Below are positions 49,984 to 59,525 of a DNA stretch of 59,553 nucleotides, one piece after another. Within the stretch, counting starts at the first letter, position 1. Each line of letters begins with the position of its first letter. Source of the stretch: Christensenella sp. UBA1242 (GTDB lineage: Bacteria > Bacillota > Clostridia > Christensenellales > UBA1242); the NCBI GenBank assembly GCA_002308915.1, contig DBWI01000028.1, positions 1 to 59,553 of the forward strand. Direction: 5' to 3'. The position numbers were made by a program, and so were the translations under genes. Below the pieces are notes generated by a model that saw only the letters and a program-made list of their open reading frames with translations, ran no database searches and had not been told where the DNA came from.

Positions 49984-51498
49984 TTATGACGTTACCCCAA
50001 CGACAATATATGGGCAAGAAATATCTGTTTCATCTGAACTTTCAGCAATAAAAGATATTTCAATTTGTTCTCCAAATATATTTGTTTTTATGCGTTGATT
50101 TTTATTTTTTCCACAAATATTATAGATTTTTGATGAATTTTCACTAGAAATTTTAACTTTACAGCTTAATTTTGTTTTTATTAGTATTTCTTTAACATGT
50201 TTTATTTGTGTTGGATAACCCAAATTACTCATTGGTGATGTCCAGCATTTTTTTAAGGAATTACCAAAAAATTTTCCATCATTTGTCATCTGTCCAATAA
50301 CATTTTTGTACTCACCATTAAAGCATGCAACGACTTTTGAAAAGTTTCCATCATCAACAAGTACCATAGAACATATGTCTATTCCTCTTGACAAATTTAC
50401 TTCTCCTGTTTTTATGTCATACTCTAATAATGCATTATTAACATAACCATCAGCATAACTTTCACAACCGATATTTTCGTTATCGTGCCAGTTCATTCTT
50501 AATGCCAAATAATACTTCCCATTATAATAAAGAGCACAACAATTTTCATTTGTTATGCCATCCAACAAATTCTCAAAGCCAAGGTTTAGTTTTGTTGTTT
50601 TGTAGCCATCAAAATAATGTAATCCATCACGGCACAAAAGCATAATTCTGTCACCACAAACACAAACTGAGTTTGAGTATATTTTTGAACTAGAAACAAA
50701 TAACTGGCTTACACTAAATGCTGTTTGGTCACCATATGCAGATACTCGTGCAACACCAAAATCACGGAACACATAAACATAATCATTAAATGATACAACT
50801 TTGTTTAGTTTTCCCCTTTCATCCTGCATATCAATAAATCCACCTTCACTCAAACTTGGATTAAAGTTTGTTGGATCTAAATTTTCTGAAAAAGACAATC
50901 TGTTTCTTTCTCCATTTTCAACAACAGCAAACATTCTTTCATAATGTAAACACATTGAAGCAAGACTTGGCCCATCTTCAATTTGCTCTGCCATTGAATT
51001 TGCAGAATATTTCCACATTCCATCAGTTTTTGATGAAAAAATCATGTAATCTTCACCATTTAACCTATAATTTACTGCATTTGGCACACCTGATGAATAT
51101 ATTACACTGGCAATATTGAAAGTGTATGGAAGACTTGAAACAAGTGGCAACCAGCGAATAGTCCCATCTGATGTATAGAACAACAACCTATAGTCTTGAA
51201 CATCATTTTGACTATCATAGTTTTTATAAAGCCAAATAGCTTTTATTTCTTGATTACTTTCCATTATTATTGTTCTTTCCTGAGATAAGTCATCATAACT
51301 TATTGGTAGTTTTAGTGGTTCAAAGCCAATTCCATCTTTTAATGCTCCGTTACTTATTTGATAGTTATAACATCTTTTTGCATATTTTAGCGGTAATATT
51401 CCATCATCAATTTTACTATTCATTCCCCTTGCAAATGCACTAAAAGCAATCTTGTAATTTGTAACATGTTTCTTTAATAACTTATTTAGATAGAACAT
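49984..51498 (-). CDS. Podovirus-type tail nozzle / head-stabilisation protein (P22 gp10 / T7 gp12-like)
   Basis: FARGMN N-terminus, beta-rich repeats, RLSFSENLDP; size and position after the adaptor; TAATG coupling with the upstream gene. Confidence 0.55.
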   Translation of the reverse strand: MFYLNKLLKKHVTNYKIAFSAFARGMNSKIDDGILPLKYAKRCYNYQISNGALKDGIGFEPLKLPISYDDLSQERTIIMESNQEIKAIWLYKNYDSQNDVQDYRLLFYTSDGTIRWLPLVSSLPYTFNIASVIYSSGVPNAVNYRLNGEDYMIFSSKTDGMWKYSANSMAEQIEDGPSLASMCLHYERMFAVVENGERNRLSFSENLDPTNFNPSLSEGGFIDMQDERGKLNKVVSFNDYVYVFRDFGVARVSAYGDQTAFSVSQLFVSSSKIYSNSVCVCGDRIMLLCRDGLHYFDGYKTTKLNLGFENLLDGITNENCCALYYNGKYYLALRMNWHDNENIGCESYADGYVNNALLEYDIKTGEVNLSRGIDICSMVLVDDGNFSKVVACFNGEYKNVIGQMTNDGKFFGNSLKKCWTSPMSNLGYPTQIKHVKEILIKTKLSCKVKISSENSSKIYNICGKNKNQRIKTNIFGEQIEISFIAESSDETDISCPYIVVGVTS

Positions 51499-52067
51499 TA
51501 TATCCACCTTCTTTTTGGCAAAATTACATTATGCTTTTTATGAGATAAACTTAGAAGTGCATTTTTATATCTTTGCTCCCAAATTGCAGCATCATCAAAT
51601 AATTCACTTATGTATGAATACTCCATTGCTGTTCCATATGCCAATACTCTTGCTGAAATTATATTTTGCAATTCGTTAAGGTTTCCATCTAATGTTGCTT
51701 CATCTGCAGTCTTTGTGTAAATTATTGTGGCATTTTGTACATTTGCAATTATCTTTCCATCAATTATCTTAAAACGAATATTGTTAGAAAACTCATCTTT
51801 TAAACTAATAATACGAAAAACATTTGAAGAAATATCACTCAAATTAACCATATTATTATCAAAAGTTATTTCTTTTTGCTTATAAATTGGCAAATAATCA
51901 CATGTAACCTCACTAATTATTAAATTAAGGCACCTAGTTAAAAAGTTTAAATCTTTTTCTTCATCAGAAGTAAGCTGCCTATTTTCATTAGAAAAATATG
52001 GACAATCCAATAAATCTTCTTTTCCTAAAAATGTTACAGCAAGTTCAAGTACTTGTTTTGTTGTCAT
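51498..52067 (-). CDS. Podovirus-type head-tail adaptor (P22 gp4 / T7 gp11-like)
   Basis: 189 aa, helix-beta-helix pattern ending LAYGTAMEY...WEQRY; position after the capsid gene. Confidence 0.5.
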   Translation of the reverse strand: MTTKQVLELAVTFLGKEDLLDCPYFSNENRQLTSDEEKDLNFLTRCLNLIISEVTCDYLPIYKQKEITFDNNMVNLSDISSNVFRIISLKDEFSNNIRFKIIDGKIIANVQNATIIYTKTADEATLDGNLNELQNIISARVLAYGTAMEYSYISELFDDAAIWEQRYKNALLSLSHKKHNVILPKRRWI

Positions 52068-52357
52068 ATTTCCTCCATTAGTTTTTTCTGATTTTGTTTT
52101 TGTATCTTTTCATTCTCTAAATCAATCTTTCTAATGAGTTCATTTAAGTTCTGTCGCCTTGTCTTTTTGGTTAATTCAAGCAAACGCTCATCAAGTGCAT
52201 CGTTTGGACAAGTTAAACAATAACTACAACCTATTTGATTGTTTGAATGTACTTCGTACTTACCTTTTATTGTGTTAAAAACCAAATAGTAACTAGAATC
52301 AATTTCCTTTAGCCTATTTGATACAAACATTACATCAGATTTTATTTCAATTAACAT
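52064..52357 (-). CDS. Small hypothetical protein of the phage-like module
   Basis: AGGAG RBS; ATGA overlap with the next gene. Confidence 0.65.
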   Translation of the reverse strand: MLIEIKSDVMFVSNRLKEIDSSYYLVFNTIKGKYEVHSNNQIGCSYCLTCPNDALDERLLELTKKTRRQNLNELIRKIDLENEKIQKQNQKKLMEEI

Positions 52358-52380
52358 AATCTCTCCTTTTATTTAAGGAA

Positions 52381-52411
52381 ATGGCAGACCACATTATTTG
52401 TAGTCTGCCAT
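52381..52411 (-). terminator. Hairpin after the major capsid gene (attenuator or mRNA stabiliser)
   Basis: ATGGCAGACTACA-aataa-TGTGGTCTGCCAT with only a short T tail. Confidence 0.7.
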
Positions 52412-52420
52412 AAATATTTA

Positions 52421-53683
52421 TTAAGTACCTGAGCCAGATTGTGTTTCTGTTGATTCTGCTCCTTCGCTTGTGCTTTCGGTAACAGTAGTATTTACAATTG
52501 TTGTAAATGGATTTGTAACAGTACCAGATATACCAGTGATTTTTGCTTGTCCATTTGGTTTATCACATACAAGTTCTGCATACTTAACCAAAGTAGCTGT
52601 ATATGTTGGATAACCAGCATTTTGTTTTAATACTCTGCCATCTTCACCTTCAAGCCATTTCCAATCACAAAGTTGATGTAGTACAAAATCATCTGTATTC
52701 AAAAGATACATTGCATCATCTTCAACAAATCTGTCAGCAACAACAGGAATTCCATTGTATGTGATTGCCTTGTATCCACCAGCAAGTTCCATTATGTCTA
52801 CATTTCTTCTGTATGCACCAAGATATTCTTGATATGCTCTTCTTACCTTGCTTGATGTTGCTATATAGTTAATTGCACTACCACTAACTTCTTCCAAAAA
52901 GTCAACTGCTGTTTGAATTAAATTATCAGATATTTCACCAGCATTTGCTTTTGTATATGGGCTAAGCCATGGATAATTTGCTCTTGTAACACCATATAAT
53001 GTTTCACTATTTGAGAAAATTTTACCAAGACCTGTAATTTCAAAACCTTTTGAATTTTGAACATAAATTGTACAATTGGCTGCTACATCAGAAACATCTC
53101 CACCAAATACAATATGAATGATTTTGTTTACTCTGTCAACATAACTAATTCTTGCACCTGCAACCACTTTGGTTGTTGATGCATAAATATCTATAACCAT
53201 TCCTTCAATAAAGTTTCTAACACTATCACATGTTAAAATCTTTTTTGTTGTATCAACTGATGAAATTGTTGCCAAAAGACCACTGCCATCACCATAAAGC
53301 ATTCTGCCAAAGTTAAAACTTGATGCTTTAATTAAACCTTCCATTTCATCATTAAGCAAGTTTACAAATGCTCCTGCATTATTTTCTGATGCACGAATTG
53401 CTTTGTCACTAAGTTCAATTTTTCCATAAAGGTTTTTTAGGTCTGATACAAATTGAACATAATTATTTCCTGCTGCTTTTGGTAATTCATCTGTTTCTGC
53501 TCCAGCACCAATACCACCATTGATACCAAATGGAGCTAATTTCCTTACTTCCTTTCCCCAAACATCTTTTGTTGTTTGTTTAATTTTTCCAAGAAGTGGA
53601 TTTGCATTTGTATTTAATTGATTGCTAACCACTCCAAGGTACACTGTTTTTAGTGCATTTTCTGCACTTTGTAATGTAACCAT
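52421..53683 (-). CDS. Phage-type major capsid protein (HK97 fold expected)
   Basis: LYGKIELSDKAIRAS, AFVNLLNDEMEG, EITGLGKI, YNGIPVVADRF and MYLLNT patterns; follows portal and scaffold. Confidence 0.82.
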   Translation of the reverse strand: MVTLQSAENALKTVYLGVVSNQLNTNANPLLGKIKQTTKDVWGKEVRKLAPFGINGGIGAGAETDELPKAAGNNYVQFVSDLKNLYGKIELSDKAIRASENNAGAFVNLLNDEMEGLIKASSFNFGRMLYGDGSGLLATISSVDTTKKILTCDSVRNFIEGMVIDIYASTTKVVAGARISYVDRVNKIIHIVFGGDVSDVAANCTIYVQNSKGFEITGLGKIFSNSETLYGVTRANYPWLSPYTKANAGEISDNLIQTAVDFLEEVSGSAINYIATSSKVRRAYQEYLGAYRRNVDIMELAGGYKAITYNGIPVVADRFVEDDAMYLLNTDDFVLHQLCDWKWLEGEDGRVLKQNAGYPTYTATLVKYAELVCDKPNGQAKITGISGTVTNPFTTIVNTTVTESTSEGAESTETQSGSGT

Positions 53684-53684
53684 T

Positions 53685-54326
53685 TTAATTCTCCTTTTTT
53701 ACATTAAAAATTTCTTCCACCAGAGTTTTTGCTTCACTTAATGTCGTTGCTTTGGGAGTTGTTGTAAAAGCTATATCTCCTCCGCTTGAAGTTGTTACAA
53801 ATGGTGGAATTTTTTGGCTACTTAAGTCTTTTATGTAGCTTTGTAGCACTTTTTGTTTAATTTGTTCACTTGATAACACATAATCATCAACAAACTTATC
53901 ATCATTTACCATATCTTCCACTGGTTTGTATTTTTGACCTATTACTTTTGCCCATGCTAATTCTAAAGCATCTTCTTTGGATTGTAATGATGGATTTGTT
54001 AAAATCTCTTGTGATATTTCGCTTGCAAATTTTTTTGCTTCGCTGTGAGAATTGATAAACTCAGAAACTCTATCTTGCCAATCCTCTTTTGAAAAAACCG
54101 GCGCCTGTGATTCTTGTTGTGTTTTTTCTAATTCGCTTAGCCTTTGACACTTTCTTGTAAACTCTGCCTGCAAATTGTTATAGGCATCAAGTAAACTTTC
54201 TGCGTCCTTAAATTTTCCATATTGGGAGCCATCTGTTTTTGTGTTGTTATCACCTTTGTTTTCGACAACTTCTTCTGTTTTTTCTTCAACATTTGGTTGT
54301 TCCCAATCTTTATTTTCTTGTTCCAT
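53685..54326 (-). CDS. Capsid scaffolding protein
   Basis: Acidic N-terminus, GKFKDAESLLDAYNNLQAEFTRK; located between portal and capsid. Confidence 0.72.
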   Translation of the reverse strand: MEQENKDWEQPNVEEKTEEVVENKGDNNTKTDGSQYGKFKDAESLLDAYNNLQAEFTRKCQRLSELEKTQQESQAPVFSKEDWQDRVSEFINSHSEAKKFASEISQEILTNPSLQSKEDALELAWAKVIGQKYKPVEDMVNDDKFVDDYVLSSEQIKQKVLQSYIKDLSSQKIPPFVTTSSGGDIAFTTTPKATTLSEAKTLVEEIFNVKKEN

Positions 54327-54328
54327 AT

Positions 54329-56188
54329 TTACTCCTTATTTTCTGCTTGTTCTTGAAGCAGTTTCATTTGTTTATGCTGTCTTATATGCTCCAAAAACTT
54401 AACTTCTATTTCACAATTATTTTCTAGCATCTTTGAATATTCGTTACCTAGCATAAATGCAATATGTTCGTTAATATGCAAGTCATGTTCGTCAATTTCA
54501 CTTACTTTAACCTTTTTGCCTTTTGAAAGTTCAATATTTTCTTTTGATGCTTTTTTTGTGTGTAGTTCATTTATATCTTGAGCATTTTCCCATATTCCAA
54601 ATCCCAACAAATCAAGTGCTTTTAACCTCATTCTGTTTGAAAGTTTTCCATTCTCATCCTGAAGCAATCCAGCATTTAGAAGTTCAAAAACCATACTCCT
54701 TCGTTGTGCTAAACTTTCTGTTAATTCACTATCTGTTTCAAATACAATATCTTCACTTGAAATATCGCTATTTGAAAAATAAAAAACTTCAAGTTCGCCA
54801 TTATCCCCAACGATTTTTGTTAATCTTGGAAATGTTGCAAATTGCTTGTATAATCTTAGAATTTGTCCACCAAGTTGTCTGATGCTTTCTTTTATTCTTT
54901 CAGAAGTTGGTGCTATTCTTGACTCATCTTGTTCAATTAAAAGTTGAAGTGCAACACCACTTAAATTTGTGTATGATGATGCATTTTTGATTAAATCAGA
55001 AACTCCAGAAATTACCATAAATTCAGAAAGCAGAGCTCCTTCTTCTCTTTCAAAATCAGCAGGAACACTTTGAGTTGACATATATCTTGGAATATTTGAG
55101 CCTTGTCTGTATACCAGAATTTTACCTGGAGAAAGTCCTTCTTCTTCAAGATTGTCAAGGTCAACACTACCATCTTCAACAGTTAAAACGCCCATTGATA
55201 TACGATTAAGAAATTCGTGTTTTCTGTTCTTTACTGCATTGTAGGCTCTTTGTACTGGAATAAGTCTTTCAACTATTCCTGTTCCCCAGAAACAACCTGT
55301 TTGCTCTATGCTAACTTGTTTGATGAAAGGAAATCCCCTTTCTCCATTTACACGATTAATAAAAGGCAGTTCACCATCATATACAAGTTTGTTGCCTGCA
55401 ATAATGATAAGTCTGCCATTTGGATATTCTTTTGTTGGTTTTTCATATCTCTCTATTACAAGTGCATGATTATTCTTTATTCCACTTGTTACCCTACTTG
55501 TCTGTGTGGTATAGCCAAGTCCACCAATTCCCAACGATGTATTATCCAATGAAAATACATTTATTTCTTCACCTTGAACGTCAACATTATAAATTCTTTT
55601 AAGTTCATCAACATGATATGCTTTTGCATGAATAATACTTTGACAATCATCAATGTCTTCTGCACATGTGTTGTCTGGAAATATTTCAAATGGTGAACAT
55701 ACTGAAATCCTTATATCTCCTTGAGAAATCCCCTTTTCACCATCTTTTGCGATAATATTTCCAAGGTTTGTATCCCAAATAATTTTGTAAAAACTTGTTC
55801 CACAAACTTCACTCCATTTTGTTGCATCGCAAATTAATTTATTTACATCATTGCGATTATATATTGAATTTAATATTCTTTTGCATAATTTTGCTGTTTT
55901 TATGTCACTATCATCTGTTGAAGCTGGTACTACAGACATTATTGGTCTTACTTTTTGTAATTTGGCAAGTCTAATTTCCACAGTTGGTGCAATATGGTTA
56001 TACACTTCTCTTTCTTGCCAAAAATATTGTTTTTCGTATTCTTCAACTTCACTATTTGGTGCAACTTGGCAATATTGATTTCCCATTAAAAAATTCATAC
56101 ACAATTGCCACATTGCTTCATATGATTTTCTTTTTTGCTGACGATTTTTAAAATCACTTAAAACTTCTTGAACTATATCTTGTTTCAT
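54329..56188 (-). CDS. Phage portal protein (P22/podovirus-like)
   Basis: 619 aa; VYNHIAP, GTSFYKIIWD, SPFEIFPD, FWGTGIVERLIPVQRAYN and SGVALQLL patterns. Confidence 0.78.
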   Translation of the reverse strand: MKQDIVQEVLSDFKNRQQKRKSYEAMWQLCMNFLMGNQYCQVAPNSEVEEYEKQYFWQEREVYNHIAPTVEIRLAKLQKVRPIMSVVPASTDDSDIKTAKLCKRILNSIYNRNDVNKLICDATKWSEVCGTSFYKIIWDTNLGNIIAKDGEKGISQGDIRISVCSPFEIFPDNTCAEDIDDCQSIIHAKAYHVDELKRIYNVDVQGEEINVFSLDNTSLGIGGLGYTTQTSRVTSGIKNNHALVIERYEKPTKEYPNGRLIIIAGNKLVYDGELPFINRVNGERGFPFIKQVSIEQTGCFWGTGIVERLIPVQRAYNAVKNRKHEFLNRISMGVLTVEDGSVDLDNLEEEGLSPGKILVYRQGSNIPRYMSTQSVPADFEREEGALLSEFMVISGVSDLIKNASSYTNLSGVALQLLIEQDESRIAPTSERIKESIRQLGGQILRLYKQFATFPRLTKIVGDNGELEVFYFSNSDISSEDIVFETDSELTESLAQRRSMVFELLNAGLLQDENGKLSNRMRLKALDLLGFGIWENAQDINELHTKKASKENIELSKGKKVKVSEIDEHDLHINEHIAFMLGNEYSKMLENNCEIEVKFLEHIRQHKQMKLLQEQAENKE

Positions 56189-56196
56189 TATTCCTC

Positions 56197-56397
56197 CTAA
56201 ATCTTTTTTTGTTTTTTATATGGTGCTGGAATACTTTTGGGCACAAAAACTGTTCTGGATACTTCACTGAACTCTTTTATACAATCTTTACAGATACTTA
56301 GTATTGATTTTTGTTGTCTTATAATTGTATAATCTGCCAAATTTTTGCAACCACCTAAATCACATTTAGTTTTGTAAATACACTCTTTAATTTCCAT
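56197..56397 (-). CDS. Small Cys-rich protein (possible Zn finger)
   Basis: CDLGGC...ICKDC; start after GGAG; occupies the slot where a large terminase would be expected. Confidence 0.55.
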   Translation of the reverse strand: MEIKECIYKTKCDLGGCKNLADYTIIRQQKSILSICKDCIKEFSEVSRTVFVPKSIPAPYKKQKKI

Positions 56398-56686
56398 CTT
56401 CATCTCCATTATTAAGCAACTTAAGAAGCCTTAACCTTTCTTCTTCTAGTTGTTCATCTGTCATGTTTTCATATTTTGAATTTTGTTCAGCATAATTCTC
56501 TAGAAAAACTTTTGCTGCTGGTATATCTGGTGAAATATATTTTTTTGTTACTTTCCTCTTTGATAATTTTTCATTTCCTTCTTCATCTATCACATATTCT
56601 TCTATTATTTCATCGCAGTTATAACCTAGTGCTTTTTTGAGTAATGCTTCTTGAATTTTTGACATCTGCTCTTCATCATGTTCCAT
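56387..56686 (-). CDS. Terminase small subunit-like protein
   Basis: ALLKKALGY...EEY...KVTKKYISPDIPAAK...MTDEQLEEE resembles Firmicutes phage TerS-like proteins. Confidence 0.5.
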   Translation of the reverse strand: MEHDEEQMSKIQEALLKKALGYNCDEIIEEYVIDEEGNEKLSKRKVTKKYISPDIPAAKVFLENYAEQNSKYENMTDEQLEEERLRLLKLLNNGDEDGN

Positions 56687-56714
56687 AAAAGCCCCTTATT
56701 TGCAAAATTGATAC

Positions 56715-56754
56715 AAAAAAAGCCAAATATTAAATCTAATACTTGACTTCTTTT
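56715..56754 (-). terminator. Terminator-like hairpin between the surface protein gene and the phage-like module
   Basis: AGTCAAGTATTA-gatt-TAATATTTGGCT plus a T run, with G-U pairs on the - strand. Confidence 0.6.
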
Positions 56755-56807
56755 ATAAATATATTAAATTATAAATTTTTAAATTGCCAGACTTTATGAC
56801 ATTTTTT

Positions 56808-59525
56808 TTAATAATACATATTTTTATATGAATTATCTTTTCTCTTTCTTACAATAAAGAATATTAATAGTCCAACAATTACGACACCTGCAACACTTCC
56901 ACCAATTATAAACCACAAGGAAGCCATGCTCTTTGAGTCTTTTTGTTCTTCAAAGAAATTTGCAACCAAAATCATGCTTTCTTGCTCATCATCTATTAAT
57001 AATGAGAAGTTTGCTTCTTCTGATTGAACACCAAGGTTTTTGGTACCATCAGACAAATACCAGTTTGTAAATTCCATATCTGAAGGAACAGAAATTGAAA
57101 TTCTGCAAGTTGAACCTTTTTTGAGTTTTTGAGAAATAACACCATTTGCATCTGGAGATACTTCCATATCATTGATGAAAATTTTTGCTAAATTACCCTC
57201 AATTATTTCTGCATTTTTTGCAAATTTTATTGTTACTTCACAAACTTGTTTTGTAAACACTGCAACAAAAGTAAACTTTTCTTCATCAAATGTAAAACTA
57301 TTTAGTATTCCATTTGCACCAAATGCTGTTTCGTTGAATACAATAGAAAGAGTTTGTCCACCATGAACAAAATTTTCATCTTCTAAATTAATTTTCCAAC
57401 CAGAAAAAGCAAAATCACTTGTTGGTTGAGCAAAATAACTTAATGTTTGGCCATAATATATTTCATCAGTAATTATTTGTTGCTTTACATTTGCGTTTGC
57501 ACTTGATCTTCTTATTGTGCCATGCAAAGCATCTTCTGTTGTTATTTCCACAGTATATTTTATTGTGTCCAAAATGAAACTATATGTACCTTCATTTTGC
57601 ATTGTGCAATTATCAAGAACATAAACATTAACCATATTGCCGTTCTTTTCTAATTGTCCCCAAGCAATATTGCTATCATTAAGTTTGTATAATGTGCAAA
57701 CTGCACCACTTATTTGTCTTTTTGAAGATACAACAACTTTATTTCCAACAGTGTATGTTGCAGAATCAGTTTCTTCATCTTCAACAATTTCTACTTCTTC
57801 ATTTTCTATAACATCTAAGATTTCACTGTTTAACATTAAATTTGTTCCATTACATTTGAGACCTATAATCTTATAGAACAAATTAATGTTTTCTGCATTG
57901 GTAACATAACCACCAATAATAATATTTCCACCATAAATATATTCTTGATTGTTATCTAAAAATTCAATAACATTTGAAGATATATTTGGTTTTGTTAATG
58001 ATGTAAATGAATCATCTTCACTAAGTTCAAAAGAAAATGTTGAAAATCTTTGCAAATATGGTAATGAAACTTTGTCTGTTATTCTCCAGTAACTATTAAA
58101 GTTTAATCCTCTATTTGGATCGAAATGCTCAGGATTTGTATAAAACTCTTTTAGGTATAAAGTTGATGCTGGTACAAATAAATGAACAATACTTGAATAG
58201 TCAAAAGCAATATAATTATTGTTAAAATAATATATAAGGTTTTCTGCATTTCCAATATGCTCACCAGCAATTGTTGTGTAGAAATAACCAATACTTCCAT
58301 TGATTGGTGTGTCATTTGGACAAGCAATTTCACTAATGAAAGGATTGAATGTTACTTCGCCAGTAACTGAACCATCAAGAATACAATTCTTAATTTCTGT
58401 TGTGTTACCAAGTGCATACGCGAACATACCACCTAATTTGCTTTGAGTTGGAACACTCATAAATTCAACATCAATTGTTTGAATGATGTTTGTTATTTTG
58501 CTATTTTGAACATAACCAACTGCACCACCATAATAGAGTTGTTTTGAATTATCTTTCATTTCAAAAACAGCTTTATTGATTGTATGGCAATTTGATATTT
58601 GTGTTCCACCTTGTGCAACTGCAACAAGTCCACCAGCATAAACAGAACTAACTGATGACACAACAAGATAACTTGAATGTCCATCTGTTTCAATGTCTGG
58701 ATCTTCTGGTTCTTCAGGTTCTTCGGGATCAGTTGGATCGTCTGGATTTTCTGGGTCTTCTGGATCACTTGGATCACTTGGATCTTGTGGATCTTCGGGA
58801 TCAGTTGGATCGTCAGGGTTTTCTGGATTCTCTGGATCAGTTGGATCGTCTGTTCCTTGCCCTTGTTCGTTATCATCATCCTCGTCACCAATATTAAATA
58901 TTACAGGTGCATCATCTGTTTGATTGTCATCAACTGGTGGATTCTCTGGGTTATCTGGGTTTTCTGGGTTTTCTGGATTATCTGGATTATCTGGATTGTC
59001 TGGATTATCTGGATTATCTGGGTTATCTGGATTATCAGGATTTTCTGGGTCTTCAGGGTCATCTGGTATAACTATTTCAGTCCCTCCAACAATTGAAACA
59101 TTTTCTATTGTTGTTCCAACAGCATTTGCAACCAAAAATGCAACTTTTGAAATATATGAATCTGTTCTGTTTTTCAATTTTATTGTTATGTGCTCAAGCT
59201 TTAGGTCATAAATTTTTGCACCAACTGTATTTAAGAAAATTGCAACATCACCTTCTGTTGCTTCAATAGTTAAATTTTTTATTGTATGTCCATTACCATT
59301 TAATGTTCCAGTAAATCTTTGAATTGGTGTGAATGGCGTTTGATCATAATCAAAATCTTTATTTAGATAATAATTCCCATTTTCTTCTAAAACAGAAAAA
59401 GATGTTAACTCAACTTGATTGTTTGAATCAGCAAAAACAACCTTTTGCGTATTAACAAAAAAAGGAAGTGCCAATATAAATATTAAAACAAAAATTAAAC
59501 CAGACTTTCTCAAAAATGCCTCCAT
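56808..59525 (-). CDS. Cell-surface protein with Pro/Asp-rich repeats and C-terminal TM anchor
   Basis: Signal peptide; FTGTLNGNGHTIKNL and YAGGLV (GLUG-like); FSGW/FTNW B-repeat-like segments; TM helix plus basic tail. Confidence 0.8.
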   Translation of the reverse strand: MEAFLRKSGLIFVLIFILALPFFVNTQKVVFADSNNQVELTSFSVLEENGNYYLNKDFDYDQTPFTPIQRFTGTLNGNGHTIKNLTIEATEGDVAIFLNTVGAKIYDLKLEHITIKLKNRTDSYISKVAFLVANAVGTTIENVSIVGGTEIVIPDDPEDPENPDNPDNPDNPDNPDNPDNPDNPENPENPDNPENPPVDDNQTDDAPVIFNIGDEDDDNEQGQGTDDPTDPENPENPDDPTDPEDPQDPSDPSDPEDPENPDDPTDPEEPEEPEDPDIETDGHSSYLVVSSVSSVYAGGLVAVAQGGTQISNCHTINKAVFEMKDNSKQLYYGGAVGYVQNSKITNIIQTIDVEFMSVPTQSKLGGMFAYALGNTTEIKNCILDGSVTGEVTFNPFISEIACPNDTPINGSIGYFYTTIAGEHIGNAENLIYYFNNNYIAFDYSSIVHLFVPASTLYLKEFYTNPEHFDPNRGLNFNSYWRITDKVSLPYLQRFSTFSFELSEDDSFTSLTKPNISSNVIEFLDNNQEYIYGGNIIIGGYVTNAENINLFYKIIGLKCNGTNLMLNSEILDVIENEEVEIVEDEETDSATYTVGNKVVVSSKRQISGAVCTLYKLNDSNIAWGQLEKNGNMVNVYVLDNCTMQNEGTYSFILDTIKYTVEITTEDALHGTIRRSSANANVKQQIITDEIYYGQTLSYFAQPTSDFAFSGWKINLEDENFVHGGQTLSIVFNETAFGANGILNSFTFDEEKFTFVAVFTKQVCEVTIKFAKNAEIIEGNLAKIFINDMEVSPDANGVISQKLKKGSTCRISISVPSDMEFTNWYLSDGTKNLGVQSEEANFSLLIDDEQESMILVANFFEEQKDSKSMASLWFIIGGSVAGVVIVGLLIFFIVRKRKDNSYKNMYY
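58693..59066 (-). repeat. Intragenic 9-bp tripeptide repeats (PDN/PEN/PED/PTD)
   Basis: Two blocks of PxD/PxN repeats, for example (TCTGGATTA)n. Confidence 0.9.

Noticed and set aside
52421-53683. Encapsulin nanocompartment
   Set aside because: Accompanied by portal, scaffold and tail-like genes, with no cargo enzyme adjacent
48778-56686. Complete inducible prophage
   Set aside because: No integrase, att repeats, repressor, replication genes, large terminase or endolysin seen; both flanks are host-like genes
58655-59211. Plus-strand SG-repeat and WI-repeat ORFs
   Set aside because: Antisense frames of the Pro-Asp-Asn repeat tract
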